This document shows, piece after piece, positions 20,114-28,076 of a stretch of 48,094 nt of DNA. A program made the translations under genes and the position numbers. Position 1 is the first letter of the stretch. Every line of letters begins with the position of its first letter. The notes beneath the pieces were generated by a model. The model did no database searches, was not told where the DNA came from, and saw only the letters and a program-made list of their open reading frames with translations. Where the stretch lies: the sequence record SRR20825006_950. One strand, written 5' to 3'.

Positions 20114-20539
20114 GTGACTGAGTTCTATAGTGAAGTCAGGCTGGTACATATGCTGATGGCATTGGCCAGCGGCAGCCTGTTATTCATCCATGGGCTTATT
20201 CCGATGCGTCACTCCGTTGGTTTGTTTTCCCAGTCGTTGCGCTATCTGCGATATGGTGTTGATAGCATCTTGATCACAGCGGCACTGATGCTCACCAATA
20301 TCGTGCAGCAATATCCGTTTATTAACAGCTGGCTCAGTGTGAAATTTGTGTTGCTGATGGTTTATCTCAGTCTCGGACAGATCCTGTTCTACACCGCACG
20401 ATCCGGTCAGCAACGCTTTATAGCCTGGCTGCTGGCATTAATTACCCTGCTGTATATTTTCAGCGTGGCAACAACGCAGCATGAGTGGGGTGTTTTCAGC
20501 CTCGGTCTTGGTTATGCTGGTGATATCAAAGCCAGTTAA
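20114..20539 (+). CDS. SirB2-family membrane protein
   Basis: H.....S..L, VDSIL..AA...L, WL.VK...L.VY..LG pattern. Four hydrophobic segments. Confidence 0.8.
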   Translation: MTEFYSEVRLVHMLMALASGSLLFIHGLIPMRHSVGLFSQSLRYLRYGVDSILITAALMLTNIVQQYPFINSWLSVKFVLLMVYLSLGQILFYTARSGQQRFIAWLLALITLLYIFSVATTQHEWGVFSLGLGYAGDIKAS

Positions 20540-20550
20540 ACAGGACAGCT

Positions 20551-21027
20551 ATGTCGACTTTAGTCGTGCAAATTGTTATCCAGCAATGGGATAAAGGGCA
20601 ACGTTCAGAGGCGGATATCAAAGACCGGGCAGAGCAGCCGGATCGCTATCCAGTCAACGACCCCAACGCCCATTATTTGTTTGATCATCAGGTTGTGTTC
20701 GATCAGCACGGTGATGATCTGATGGGCAATCGTGTCCACTATGAACTCAGTGATGACGGTGGCTTCATTATTGACCGCTTTCGTTTTGACCTGAATCGCA
20801 AACTGCTTGAATACATTGCCCAGCCGGATTCCATGTTACCGACAGAGCCGGTTGCTGATCTCAGCGATGGCTGGGTGCAGTGCCGTTATCAATGGCGTTA
20901 TAAAGTTTATGAGGGTGGCTTTTATTACTGGCTTTATGAGGCGATTACCGTCAATGCCGGTTTCGTAGAGAGTGTGACCGAGGATGTATTCACCGGCTCG
21001 GAACCGGCCGTGGTATTTGAGCCTTGA
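20551..21027 (+). CDS. Hypothetical protein
   Basis: 158-aa ORF with AGGA RBS, followed by a terminator. No family recognised. Confidence 0.7.
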   Translation: MSTLVVQIVIQQWDKGQRSEADIKDRAEQPDRYPVNDPNAHYLFDHQVVFDQHGDDLMGNRVHYELSDDGGFIIDRFRFDLNRKLLEYIAQPDSMLPTEPVADLSDGWVQCRYQWRYKVYEGGFYYWLYEAITVNAGFVESVTEDVFTGSEPAVVFEP

Positions 21028-21032
21028 GCAAT

Positions 21033-21065
21033 AAAAAAGAACCGGCCAGTGGGCCGGTTCTTTCT
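21033..21065. terminator. Bidirectional Rho-independent terminator
   Basis: aaaaaagaaccggcc-agtg-ggccggttctttct between convergent genes. Confidence 0.85.
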
Positions 21066-21077
21066 GTTTGACCAGGC

Positions 21078-21593
21078 TTACTTAATCACACCACAGGCAA
21101 GGCGGGCACCGCCGCCACCTAATGGCTTGGGATGATCTGAATAGTTATCGCCATTCATATGAACCATTAAAGACCGGTTTCTGATTTCCTTCAGCGTCAG
21201 CTTAGGTGCCAGTACCGGTTGTGTAGCCATACCATTTTTATCAACGTACAAGGCCGGTAAATCGCCGGCATGACCATGTAGATCCCAGGGTTCAGCATGG
21301 CGACCGGTATTTGCCGGATCAAAGTGACTGCCTGCGGAGCCACCGGGTACCATTTCACCGTTCTTTTGTTTGGGGCCGCAGGACGCAACTTCATGCACGT
21401 GGAAACCATGGTTACCTGTCGACAGGTTACGCATATCAGGTGTGAAGACGGTACCGAAAGGGTGCTGGCTGATAGTCACGGTGCCTGCCGGTTCACCGGT
21501 CTGCAGGTTGTTCATATTGACCGTGATTGAATCAGCAGCGAAAGCACTGGAAGTCAGAAATAGCGACGAGAGTAGGGCGAGTTTTAGCTTCAT
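21078..21593 (-). CDS. sodC: Periplasmic Cu/Zn superoxide dismutase
   Basis: HGFHVHE, AGSHFDP, GHAGDLP, SLMVH..GDNYSD.P.PLGGGGARLACGV. Signal peptide from ATG 21593. Confidence 0.96.
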   Translation of the reverse strand: MKLKLALLSSLFLTSSAFAADSITVNMNNLQTGEPAGTVTISQHPFGTVFTPDMRNLSTGNHGFHVHEVASCGPKQKNGEMVPGGSAGSHFDPANTGRHAEPWDLHGHAGDLPALYVDKNGMATQPVLAPKLTLKEIRNRSLMVHMNGDNYSDHPKPLGGGGARLACGVIK

Positions 21594-21740
21594 ACTACCT
21601 CCTTTTTTATGAGTCATTTCAGGTTACTAATCTGGACTCTGTGAAAAGAGAGATGTTCCTGTCAGCCTGCCCGGGCAGCAAACACAATCCCCCGTCAAAT
21701 AAGGGGGTTAAAGGGCTTTTTTGCAATGTTAGGGTTTTAA

Positions 21741-21888
21741 TCAGGCAGGCAAGAGCGGTCATCGATGATTCATGGATGACCGTTGTTCCATTATTCACTT
21801 GGAGTGACTGGACTTACTCTTACTGTCTGTCTTGATAGATCTTTCAGGTAAGGCCAGTCACTCATAGAAGTTGAAAAGGAGCCTAAAC
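21741..21888 (+). ncRNA. Putative structured 5' leader RNA, copy 1 (motif not recognised)
   Basis: Stems 21754-63/21775-84 and 21802-11/21854-63. Homologous to 22856-23004 with compensatory substitutions. Confidence 0.65.
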
Positions 21889-22299
21889 ATGAAATTTCTG
21901 AATCAACAGAATACTCACTTCAAAAAGACCACATTGGCTCTGGGGCTGATGTTTGCCCTGGGTAGTGGCAGTGCTTTTGCCAATACGTTTTCCGAAGTCG
22001 ATGCAAACGACAATGGCAAAATTTCCAAGCAGGAATATCAGAACTACGTCGATGACAGCGGTCTGTTTGCTGACTGGGATGAAAACGAAGACGATCGCCT
22101 GGATAAAAACGAATGGGAGCAGGCTGACAGAAAGGCCAGACATTTCGACAAGTGGGACAGTGATAACAATGGCTATATCTCAAAGGATGAGTTTAATGAA
22201 GCCAGCTTCAGCAAGTATGACCAGGATGACGATGACTTCTGGGATGTCTCAGAATGGGATGAAAACATCGCAGCCTGGTTTGATGATGTTTTCAGCTAA
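21889..22299 (+). CDS. Secreted protein with four EF-hand loops, paralog 1
   Basis: AAGGAG RBS and ATG 21889. Signal peptide ending SAFA. Loops DANDNGKISKQE, DENEDDRLDKNE, DSDNNGYISKDE, DQDDDDFWDVSE. Confidence 0.88.
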   Translation: MKFLNQQNTHFKKTTLALGLMFALGSGSAFANTFSEVDANDNGKISKQEYQNYVDDSGLFADWDENEDDRLDKNEWEQADRKARHFDKWDSDNNGYISKDEFNEASFSKYDQDDDDFWDVSEWDENIAAWFDDVFS

Positions 22300-22328
22300 T
22301 CACTGGCTTTAAAAATGGCTTACGAGCT

Positions 22329-22359
22329 AAAAAGCCCGGCTTTTTGCCGGGCTTTTTTT
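22329..22359. terminator. Bidirectional Rho-independent terminator
   Basis: aaaaagcccggc-ttttt-gccgggcttttttt. Confidence 0.9.
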
Positions 22360-22422
22360 GTCAGTCATCAAGCACTATCAGGCGTTACGCCCCAAACCAT
22401 TCAGGCTGGATTTCGTCTTACC

Positions 22423-22671
22423 TCAGTTACTGCATTGGTACGGACTCTCCGTGTCATACTCTTCCCCCGTTTTAGCATCGACAATTGTCACGGTTGCCCC
22501 CGGATGAGCTTCGCATAAAGCGTTTCTGGCAGGGTAGATGCCAGAACCCTGGGCCATGACAGCAGTGGGCACAGGTGTGCCGTCAGAACGGGTGGCCGTG
22601 ATCGTGTAGTTCCCGTTGGTAGACACACAGGCTGAGATGAACACGGCTGATAATAAAATGAGGTGCTTCAT
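22423..22671 (-). CDS. Small hypothetical lipoprotein
   Basis: AAGGAG RBS. MKHLILLSAVFISAC lipobox-like signal. 82 aa. Confidence 0.75.
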   Translation of the reverse strand: MKHLILLSAVFISACVSTNGNYTITATRSDGTPVPTAVMAQGSGIYPARNALCEAHPGATVTIVDAKTGEEYDTESPYQCSN

Positions 22672-22855
22672 CGGCTCTCCTTACGAGCAATACTTATCAA
22701 AGGCTTTTTCAATATAAAACCTGATAGCTTAAATAAGCACAAAAATCCAAATTGAGAATTTAACGCTTCCAAACTAACTATCCGGTTTTAAAAAAATCAG
22801 TCCACCCCTCAACTAAGGGGGGGGATAATATTTTTTGGCAATGTTACGGTGAGAG

Positions 22856-23004
22856 TCAGGCAGGCAAAAGCGATTGTAAATTCAATGATTTATAATCGTT
22901 GTTCCATTATTCACTTAGAGTGATTGGACTTACTTTAACTGTCTGTCTTGATAGAACTTTCAGCTAAGGCTAATCACTCATTGGAGTTGAAAAGGAGCCT
23001 AATC
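22856..23004 (+). ncRNA. Putative structured 5' leader RNA, copy 2 (motif not recognised)
   Basis: Stems 22869-81/22888-900 and 22918-27/22970-79. Single-stranded blocks identical to copy 1. Confidence 0.65.
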
Positions 23005-23418
23005 ATGAAATGTCTTCATTCCGAAATTATGCTGTTCAGAAAGGCGTCGCTGATGATATTCAGCATGATGCTCGCGGTGGGAAATGGAATCGCGCTGGCG
23101 GAAAATCCATACTCATCATTAGATTCAGATCAGGATGGACAGATTTCCCAGCCGGAATATAACAGCTACATGGAAGATGACACACGCAGATATGAAGGTT
23201 GGGATCAAAATAATGATAGCCGCATTGATGAAAATGAATGGATTGATGCCTATCCCGGGGAGCGAGGTGATTTCAACAGCTGGGACAGAAATCAGGATAG
23301 TTATCTCGACAATAATGAGCTTAACGACGGCAGCTTCAACAGTTATGACAGAGATAATGACGGTCTCTGGAATGAGGATGAAGTCGGCAGTGCCGCGGAA
23401 GATGGCTTGTTAGACTAA
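23005..23418 (+). CDS. Secreted protein with four EF-hand loops, paralog 2
   Basis: AAGGAG RBS and ATG 23005. Signal peptide ending IALA. Loops DSDQDGQISQPE, DQNNDSRIDENE, DRNQDSYLDNNE, DRDNDGLWNEDE. Confidence 0.88.
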   Translation: MKCLHSEIMLFRKASLMIFSMMLAVGNGIALAENPYSSLDSDQDGQISQPEYNSYMEDDTRRYEGWDQNNDSRIDENEWIDAYPGERGDFNSWDRNQDSYLDNNELNDGSFNSYDRDNDGLWNEDEVGSAAEDGLLD

Positions 23419-23439
23419 TTTGTAACGGATGATTTTCTG

Positions 23440-23462
23440 AAAGCCCGGCAGGCCGGGCTTTT
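23440..23462. terminator. Rho-independent terminator
   Basis: aaagcccggc-ag-gccgggctttt, same stem as 22329-22359. Confidence 0.85.
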
Positions 23463-23527
23463 ATTAAACTCAACCAGTCGCCTGGTTTGAATGCCATAAA
23501 ATTCAACAACTCCCCTGACCAGCAATA

Positions 23528-23555
23528 TTAGGTTTCGCGCTATAACCCAAGCTAC
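23528..23555 (-). repeat. Degenerate GTAG-type REP
   Basis: Minus strand reads gtagcttgggttatagcgcgaaacctaa (GTAG tag plus imperfect hairpin). Confidence 0.55.
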
Positions 23556-23567
23556 AAGTTGTCAGCG

Positions 23568-24053
23568 TTAACCTCTGAGCGCGGCCTCAATCGTGGCAAT
23601 ATCAATTTTCCGCATCTGCATCATGGCGTCAAACGCCCGTTTGGCAGCCGCAGGGTCGGGGTCAATGATGGCTTCTGACAACACGACAGGGGTTATTTGC
23701 CAGGACAGCCCCCATTTATCTTTACACCAGCCACAGGCGCTTTCCTGACCACCATTGTTTACAATCGCATTCCAGTAACGATCGGTTTCCGGCTGGTCAT
23801 ACGTGGCCACCTGAAATGAAAAAGCCTCGTCGTGACTGAAGGCAGGGCCGCCATTCAAGCCGAGGCAGGGAATTCCCATCACGGTGAACTCAACCGTGAT
23901 GACATCACCCTGTTTGCCTGAGGGGTAGTCGCCAGGTGCCTTATGCACCGCGTCCACAGAAGAGTCGGGGAAAGTCCCGGCATAAAATCGTGCAGCCTCT
24001 TCGGCATCCCCATTGAACCAGAGGCAGACTCTGTTTTTGGCGGGTGTAGTCAT
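23568..24053 (-). CDS. VOC family protein (PhnB / 3-demethylubiquinone-9 methyltransferase-like)
   Basis: CLWFNGDAEEAARFY, LNGGP.F...EAFSFQV, CGWCKDKWGLSWQI. Confidence 0.92.
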   Translation of the reverse strand: MTTPAKNRVCLWFNGDAEEAARFYAGTFPDSSVDAVHKAPGDYPSGKQGDVITVEFTVMGIPCLGLNGGPAFSHDEAFSFQVATYDQPETDRYWNAIVNNGGQESACGWCKDKWGLSWQITPVVLSEAIIDPDPAAAKRAFDAMMQMRKIDIATIEAALRG

Positions 24054-24221
24054 GGTGATTCCTCCTTATCTCTTTGATCCTGCTTAGGTTTGATCGTCAG
24101 TTGCGACAACTTTACACTACAGATATGAACAGCCGATGCAATTATTTTGTGGAGGCTGACTTCAAATTTTGCCCGGACTCGCGGGTGGTTCATCAGGCAT
24201 TCACTTTATTAGGAGGACACT

Positions 24222-24935
24222 ATGATCAACCTATATAGCTGGAGCACGCCTAACGGACAAAAAGCCTCAATCATGCTGGAAGAGCTGCAGCTGGATTATT
24301 GCGTAACAGCCGTGAATATCGGCAAAGGGGAACAGCATCACCCGGAATTTCGACGGATAAGTCCGAATGGAAAGATTCCGGCCATCACAGACCAGGACCT
24401 GAAAAATGAAGCAGGCGAGCCCGTCAGGATCTTCGAGTCCGGCAATATTCTGATCTATCTGGCGGAGAAGTCAGGCCGATTATTGCCATCCCGGTGGGAA
24501 GACAGAGCGGAGGTGCTGGCTTGGGTATTCTTTCAGGTGGGTCATCTCGGTCCCATGGTCGGTCAATGGCATTGGTTTGACGACATTGCCCCTGCTCAAA
24601 GTGAATTGGCGATAAAACGCTATCGGGAAGAAACGCTGCATCTGCTAGAGGTGCTTAATGGCCGACTGGGTGAAGCGCCTTATCTGGGCGGCGTGGATTA
24701 CAGTATTGCCGACATTGCCAATTACACTTGGGCAAAATCAGCAGTAGAGCAAATGAAAGACGAGGAAGCGGATGCTATCGCCACGCTGGAATCATTACAT
24801 GACTGGCTACAGCGTGTAGGCTCGCGACCGGCAGTACAACGCGGTATGAATATTCCCTCTGAGGAGCAGAAAGAGCGGGCAGCGAAGGCAGAACCGATTC
24901 CCGGCCCTGCAGGCGGCGGAACGGTTCTTCCCTGA
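24222..24935 (+). CDS. Glutathione S-transferase family protein (YfcG-like)
   Basis: TPNGQK, SPNGKIPAI, FESGNILIYLAEKSG, YSIADIA. Confidence 0.93.
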   Translation: MINLYSWSTPNGQKASIMLEELQLDYCVTAVNIGKGEQHHPEFRRISPNGKIPAITDQDLKNEAGEPVRIFESGNILIYLAEKSGRLLPSRWEDRAEVLAWVFFQVGHLGPMVGQWHWFDDIAPAQSELAIKRYREETLHLLEVLNGRLGEAPYLGGVDYSIADIANYTWAKSAVEQMKDEEADAIATLESLHDWLQRVGSRPAVQRGMNIPSEEQKERAAKAEPIPGPAGGGTVLP

Positions 24936-24996
24936 GGCTTGGCTTGAGGAGCGACATCCAACAGCTCAACTATGTATCAATCTCGACCCAGGCTAC
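24934..24996. repeat. Degenerate inverted pair of GTAG-type REPs
   Basis: gaggcttggcttgaggagcgacatccaaca (+) resembles the reverse complement of the 26387 and 28038 REPs. tcgacccaggctac reads GTAGCCTGGGTCGA on the minus strand. Confidence 0.45.
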
Positions 24997-25071
24997 GAGC
25001 TGTGCGAGCATTGAACTAAGCTCTCTATTGTTACAATTAAGGAAGATTTTTGTCTTTCGGAGGAGTCAGCC

Positions 25072-26367
25072 TTGAGCGAACACAACCGAGAAAGCCAGGA
25101 ACACCGCGCCCAGCACCGCTTTGGTCGCCGACTTCGTGAGCATATTCTGGTCGAGTTTCGCGAGATATTCGCCAACAACGAAGATTATGAAGACGACGAA
25201 GGCTTGGGTGCCCATGCGCTGCTACACGATACGCTAAAGGCCAGGGCATCAGACATACATCTTGACCCGTTTCCGACTCATTACCAGATCCGCCTCAGAA
25301 TCGATGGTGTGATGATTGATGCCATAGAAATTGAACTCGAACAGGGCCAAAGGCTGGCCCATCAATTCAAGGTGCTGGCTAATATCGACCCTTTGCCCAG
25401 CGTGAACTGTGATGAAGGCAGTTTTAGCTATGAAATCGAGTCGCAGGCGCTGGATTTAAGGGTTACAGCCGTGCCCTGTGTATCTGGTGATAAGCTTGCC
25501 ATTCGCTTGTTGTCACCACCGGAAGCGGTAAAAGAAGTCAGGCAACTGGGTATTCGAAGCCAAGGCGTGGAGTCGATCCGACGCTGGATGGATGCCAACG
25601 GAAGCATGTTTCTGGTTGCCGGTCCTACGGGTAGCGGTAAAACGACTACGCTCTACGCTATGCTGCACGAGTTGAAACTGAACGACAGTCACGTCATTAC
25701 TCTGGAAGACCCGGTTGAGTATGAAGTGCCGGGCATCAATCAGATTCAGGTCAATCCGACCCATAACCTGACATTCGCCAATGGCAGCGAAGCCATGCTG
25801 CGGCTGGATCCGGACTATGTGCTGATCGGTGAGATCCGGGATGTGCCCTCTGCCCGGGCGGCCATCAGCATTTCAACCAGCGGTCGGGCACTGATGGCGA
25901 CACTGCATAGCCGGGATGCCGTGGGTACCATTACCGCACTACGCAACTTAGGGCTGGACGATTACGAAATCTCCAGCAACCTGGGGCTGGTAGCCGCGCA
26001 GCGACTGGTGCGCATGCTGTGCCCGGAGTGCAAAGTTGCAGATACGCCCGACGATATCGAGAAAAAATGGCTTCAGGAACAGGGACGTGAAGTGCCTGCT
26101 AAAGTCTGGCGGGCAGAAGGTTGCGCTGCATGTAACGAGCTGGGTTACAAAGGCCGGATAGGTATCTTTGAAGTCTGGCAGCCAAGCGAAGAAGACTTCG
26201 CCATGATCCTCAACCACCAGGACGAACATGCGCTACGACATGCACTGATTGAACGTGGAGAGTGGCTGATGCTGGATGACGGTCTGGCAAAAGTAGAAGA
26301 GGGCCAGACTACCCTGCGGGAATTGCTGCATACCGGTATGTTATTGCCGGGATACAGGCACGAGTAG
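25072..26367 (+). CDS. GspE/PulE/PilB-family secretion ATPase (stand-alone)
   Basis: ASDIH, Walker A GPTGSGKTTTLY, TLEDPVEY, LRLDPD.VLIGEIRD, TLH, and CPEC...CAAC zinc knuckle. TTG start after GGAGGAG. Confidence 0.9.
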   Translation: MSEHNRESQEHRAQHRFGRRLREHILVEFREIFANNEDYEDDEGLGAHALLHDTLKARASDIHLDPFPTHYQIRLRIDGVMIDAIEIELEQGQRLAHQFKVLANIDPLPSVNCDEGSFSYEIESQALDLRVTAVPCVSGDKLAIRLLSPPEAVKEVRQLGIRSQGVESIRRWMDANGSMFLVAGPTGSGKTTTLYAMLHELKLNDSHVITLEDPVEYEVPGINQIQVNPTHNLTFANGSEAMLRLDPDYVLIGEIRDVPSARAAISISTSGRALMATLHSRDAVGTITALRNLGLDDYEISSNLGLVAAQRLVRMLCPECKVADTPDDIEKKWLQEQGREVPAKVWRAEGCAACNELGYKGRIGIFEVWQPSEEDFAMILNHQDEHALRHALIERGEWLMLDDGLAKVEEGQTTLRELLHTGMLLPGYRHE

Positions 26368-26386
26368 TTATAGTCCATAGCAGGGA

Positions 26387-26417
26387 TGTTGGGCTTCATC
26401 CCTTCAGCCCAACCTAC
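26387..26417 (-). repeat. GTAG-type REP
   Basis: Minus strand reads GTAGGTTGGGCTGAAGGGATGAAGCCCAACA. Near-identical copy at 28038-28068. Confidence 0.85.
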
Positions 26418-26442
26418 TTGCTTGCCTTTTCGTGCAGCCTGT

Positions 26443-27108
26443 TTAGTTCGCATACCAGAGAACGGCAAAATAGTGGCATGTGGTGCCTCCCATAACAAAC
26501 AGGTGCCAGATGAAGTGCCCGTAATACAATCTGGAATCAGTGGCGAAGAAGATCACGCCCAATGTGTAAAACAGGCCTCCCGCCAGCAACCAGATAAGGC
26601 CATTTAGCGGCATCAACATCAGTAATGGATCGATGGCGAGCAGGATAAGCCAGCCCATCAGCAAATAGAGGCAGGTTGAAAGAATCGGATGCGACTGGCG
26701 TTGAAATATTTTCAATGAAACGCCCAGGGCCGCCAGGCCCCATATCAAACCAAACAGTGTCCAGCCCAGGGCACCGTTCAATATACCCAGTGTGAATGGT
26801 GTGTAGGTACCAGCGATAAGCACAAAGATGGCTGAGTGCTCAATCATCCGCCACCGGTGTTTGTTTCCACCTGCAGGCAGGGCATGATAAATAGTGGAAG
26901 ATAAATAAAGAAATATCGCACTGGCCGAAAATACTATTGTGGCCAGTAACTGAAGCGAACTTTGTTCTTTCGCACTGAGGATGAGAAACGGGGTGCCAAT
27001 CAGCACGGCAAGCAGGGATATGCCGTGGCTGATGTAATTTGCGAACTCTTCACCTCTCGATTGCGCACGTACAGGGTTTCTCATTTTCATCATGACATTG
27101 TCATTCAT
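26443..27108 (-). CDS. Hemolysin III / PAQR family membrane protein (YqfA/TrhA-like)
   Basis: EEFAN..SHG, SSTIYH, HSAIFVLIAGTYTPF and HFIWHLFV..G...H motifs. Exact start among several Met codons is uncertain. Confidence 0.92.
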   Translation of the reverse strand: MNDNVMMKMRNPVRAQSRGEEFANYISHGISLLAVLIGTPFLILSAKEQSSLQLLATIVFSASAIFLYLSSTIYHALPAGGNKHRWRMIEHSAIFVLIAGTYTPFTLGILNGALGWTLFGLIWGLAALGVSLKIFQRQSHPILSTCLYLLMGWLILLAIDPLLMLMPLNGLIWLLAGGLFYTLGVIFFATDSRLYYGHFIWHLFVMGGTTCHYFAVLWYAN

Positions 27109-27364
27109 AATAAACACCCTCCGTGGGGATAAGGGACGTCAGACAGTTCAGAGATACCGGTTCTTATCTGTGAGCCATGGCAATGATCCAGGGTTCCGCC
27201 ATCATCTACTGTTGCCGTATAAAAAGCGAATACGGCAGTACCTTACCAAAGCGAATATTGCTTTTCAGCATCGGCTTCTTGTTCCTCGAACTTCAGCCCA
27301 AGCTTAAGTCTATTGTGATGAGAATTCAGGCGCTATGGCAAGGCTGCGAGCAGAGCTATCGTAA

Positions 27365-27946
27365 TCAGTGCTTAAGCCACTCATACGCCATCTGTCTGGC
27401 TGTTCGTTCGGCCAGCTCTGGCCCAAGAAAGCGGGATACCAGATGAAGGCTCATATCAATGCCCGCAGAGATACCGCCTGAGGTAATCAACTTACCTTCA
27501 TCAACCCAGCGTTGTGCTTCAATGACCGTCAAATCGGGGTAGGTTTTCCGAAGCGCATCAATATCTTCCCAGTGCGTCGTGACCTTGCGTCCGGCAAGCA
27601 GGCCTGCTTCAGCAAGGATAAATGCACCGGTGCAGACAGAGGCGACGACCTTCGCTTTTTCAGCCGTTCTGGCTACCCAGTGTATGACATTGGATTTGTT
27701 CAGCTCCTGGCTGTGAACGCCACCGACAACGATAAGCAAATCAATCTCAGGATGGTTGCTCAGGTCGTAATGGGGATTAACACTGAAACCACCTCTGGCA
27801 ACAACAGGCGCTTTTTGCTCAGCAATAAAGAAGACCTCAAAGGCGTGGTTTGAATCAGCTAAGCGGTTAGCCGTTGAAAACACCTCAAAGGGGCCGGAAA
27901 AATCCAGCACCTCGGCGTTTTCATAAATGTAAATTCCTATGTTCAA
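27365..27946 (-). CDS. DJ-1/PfpI family protein
   Basis: EVLDFSGPFEVF, SVCTGAFILA, TTHW, TSGGISAGIDM. Confidence 0.93.
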   Translation of the reverse strand: MNIGIYIYENAEVLDFSGPFEVFSTANRLADSNHAFEVFFIAEQKAPVVARGGFSVNPHYDLSNHPEIDLLIVVGGVHSQELNKSNVIHWVARTAEKAKVVASVCTGAFILAEAGLLAGRKVTTHWEDIDALRKTYPDLTVIEAQRWVDEGKLITSGGISAGIDMSLHLVSRFLGPELAERTARQMAYEWLKH

Positions 27947-28037
27947 ATCTGGCTCTTATGATCCTGGTTTTAACTTGCCGTCAATTTGACTTGTGCCATT
28001 GGTATAAATCAACCGTGTCTGGCCTCTTTGATACAGA

Positions 28038-28068
28038 TGTTGGGCTTCGTCCCCTCAGCCCAACCTAT
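28038..28068 (-). repeat. GTAG-type REP (ATAG variant)
   Basis: tgttgggcttcgtcccctcagcccaacctat, homologous to 26387-26417. Both copies are followed by ttgctt. Confidence 0.85.
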
Positions 28069-28076
28069 TTGCTTAA

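Noticed and set aside
21705-21730. Sigma-54 promoter upstream of the EF-hand leaders
   Set aside because: GG and GC spacing does not fit the -24/-12 consensus in either copy.
22370-22430. Possible attC after the small lipoprotein gene (AGTAAC...GGGGCGTAAC on the minus strand)
   Set aside because: No GTT core, no convincing internal palindrome and no matching core at the gene start.
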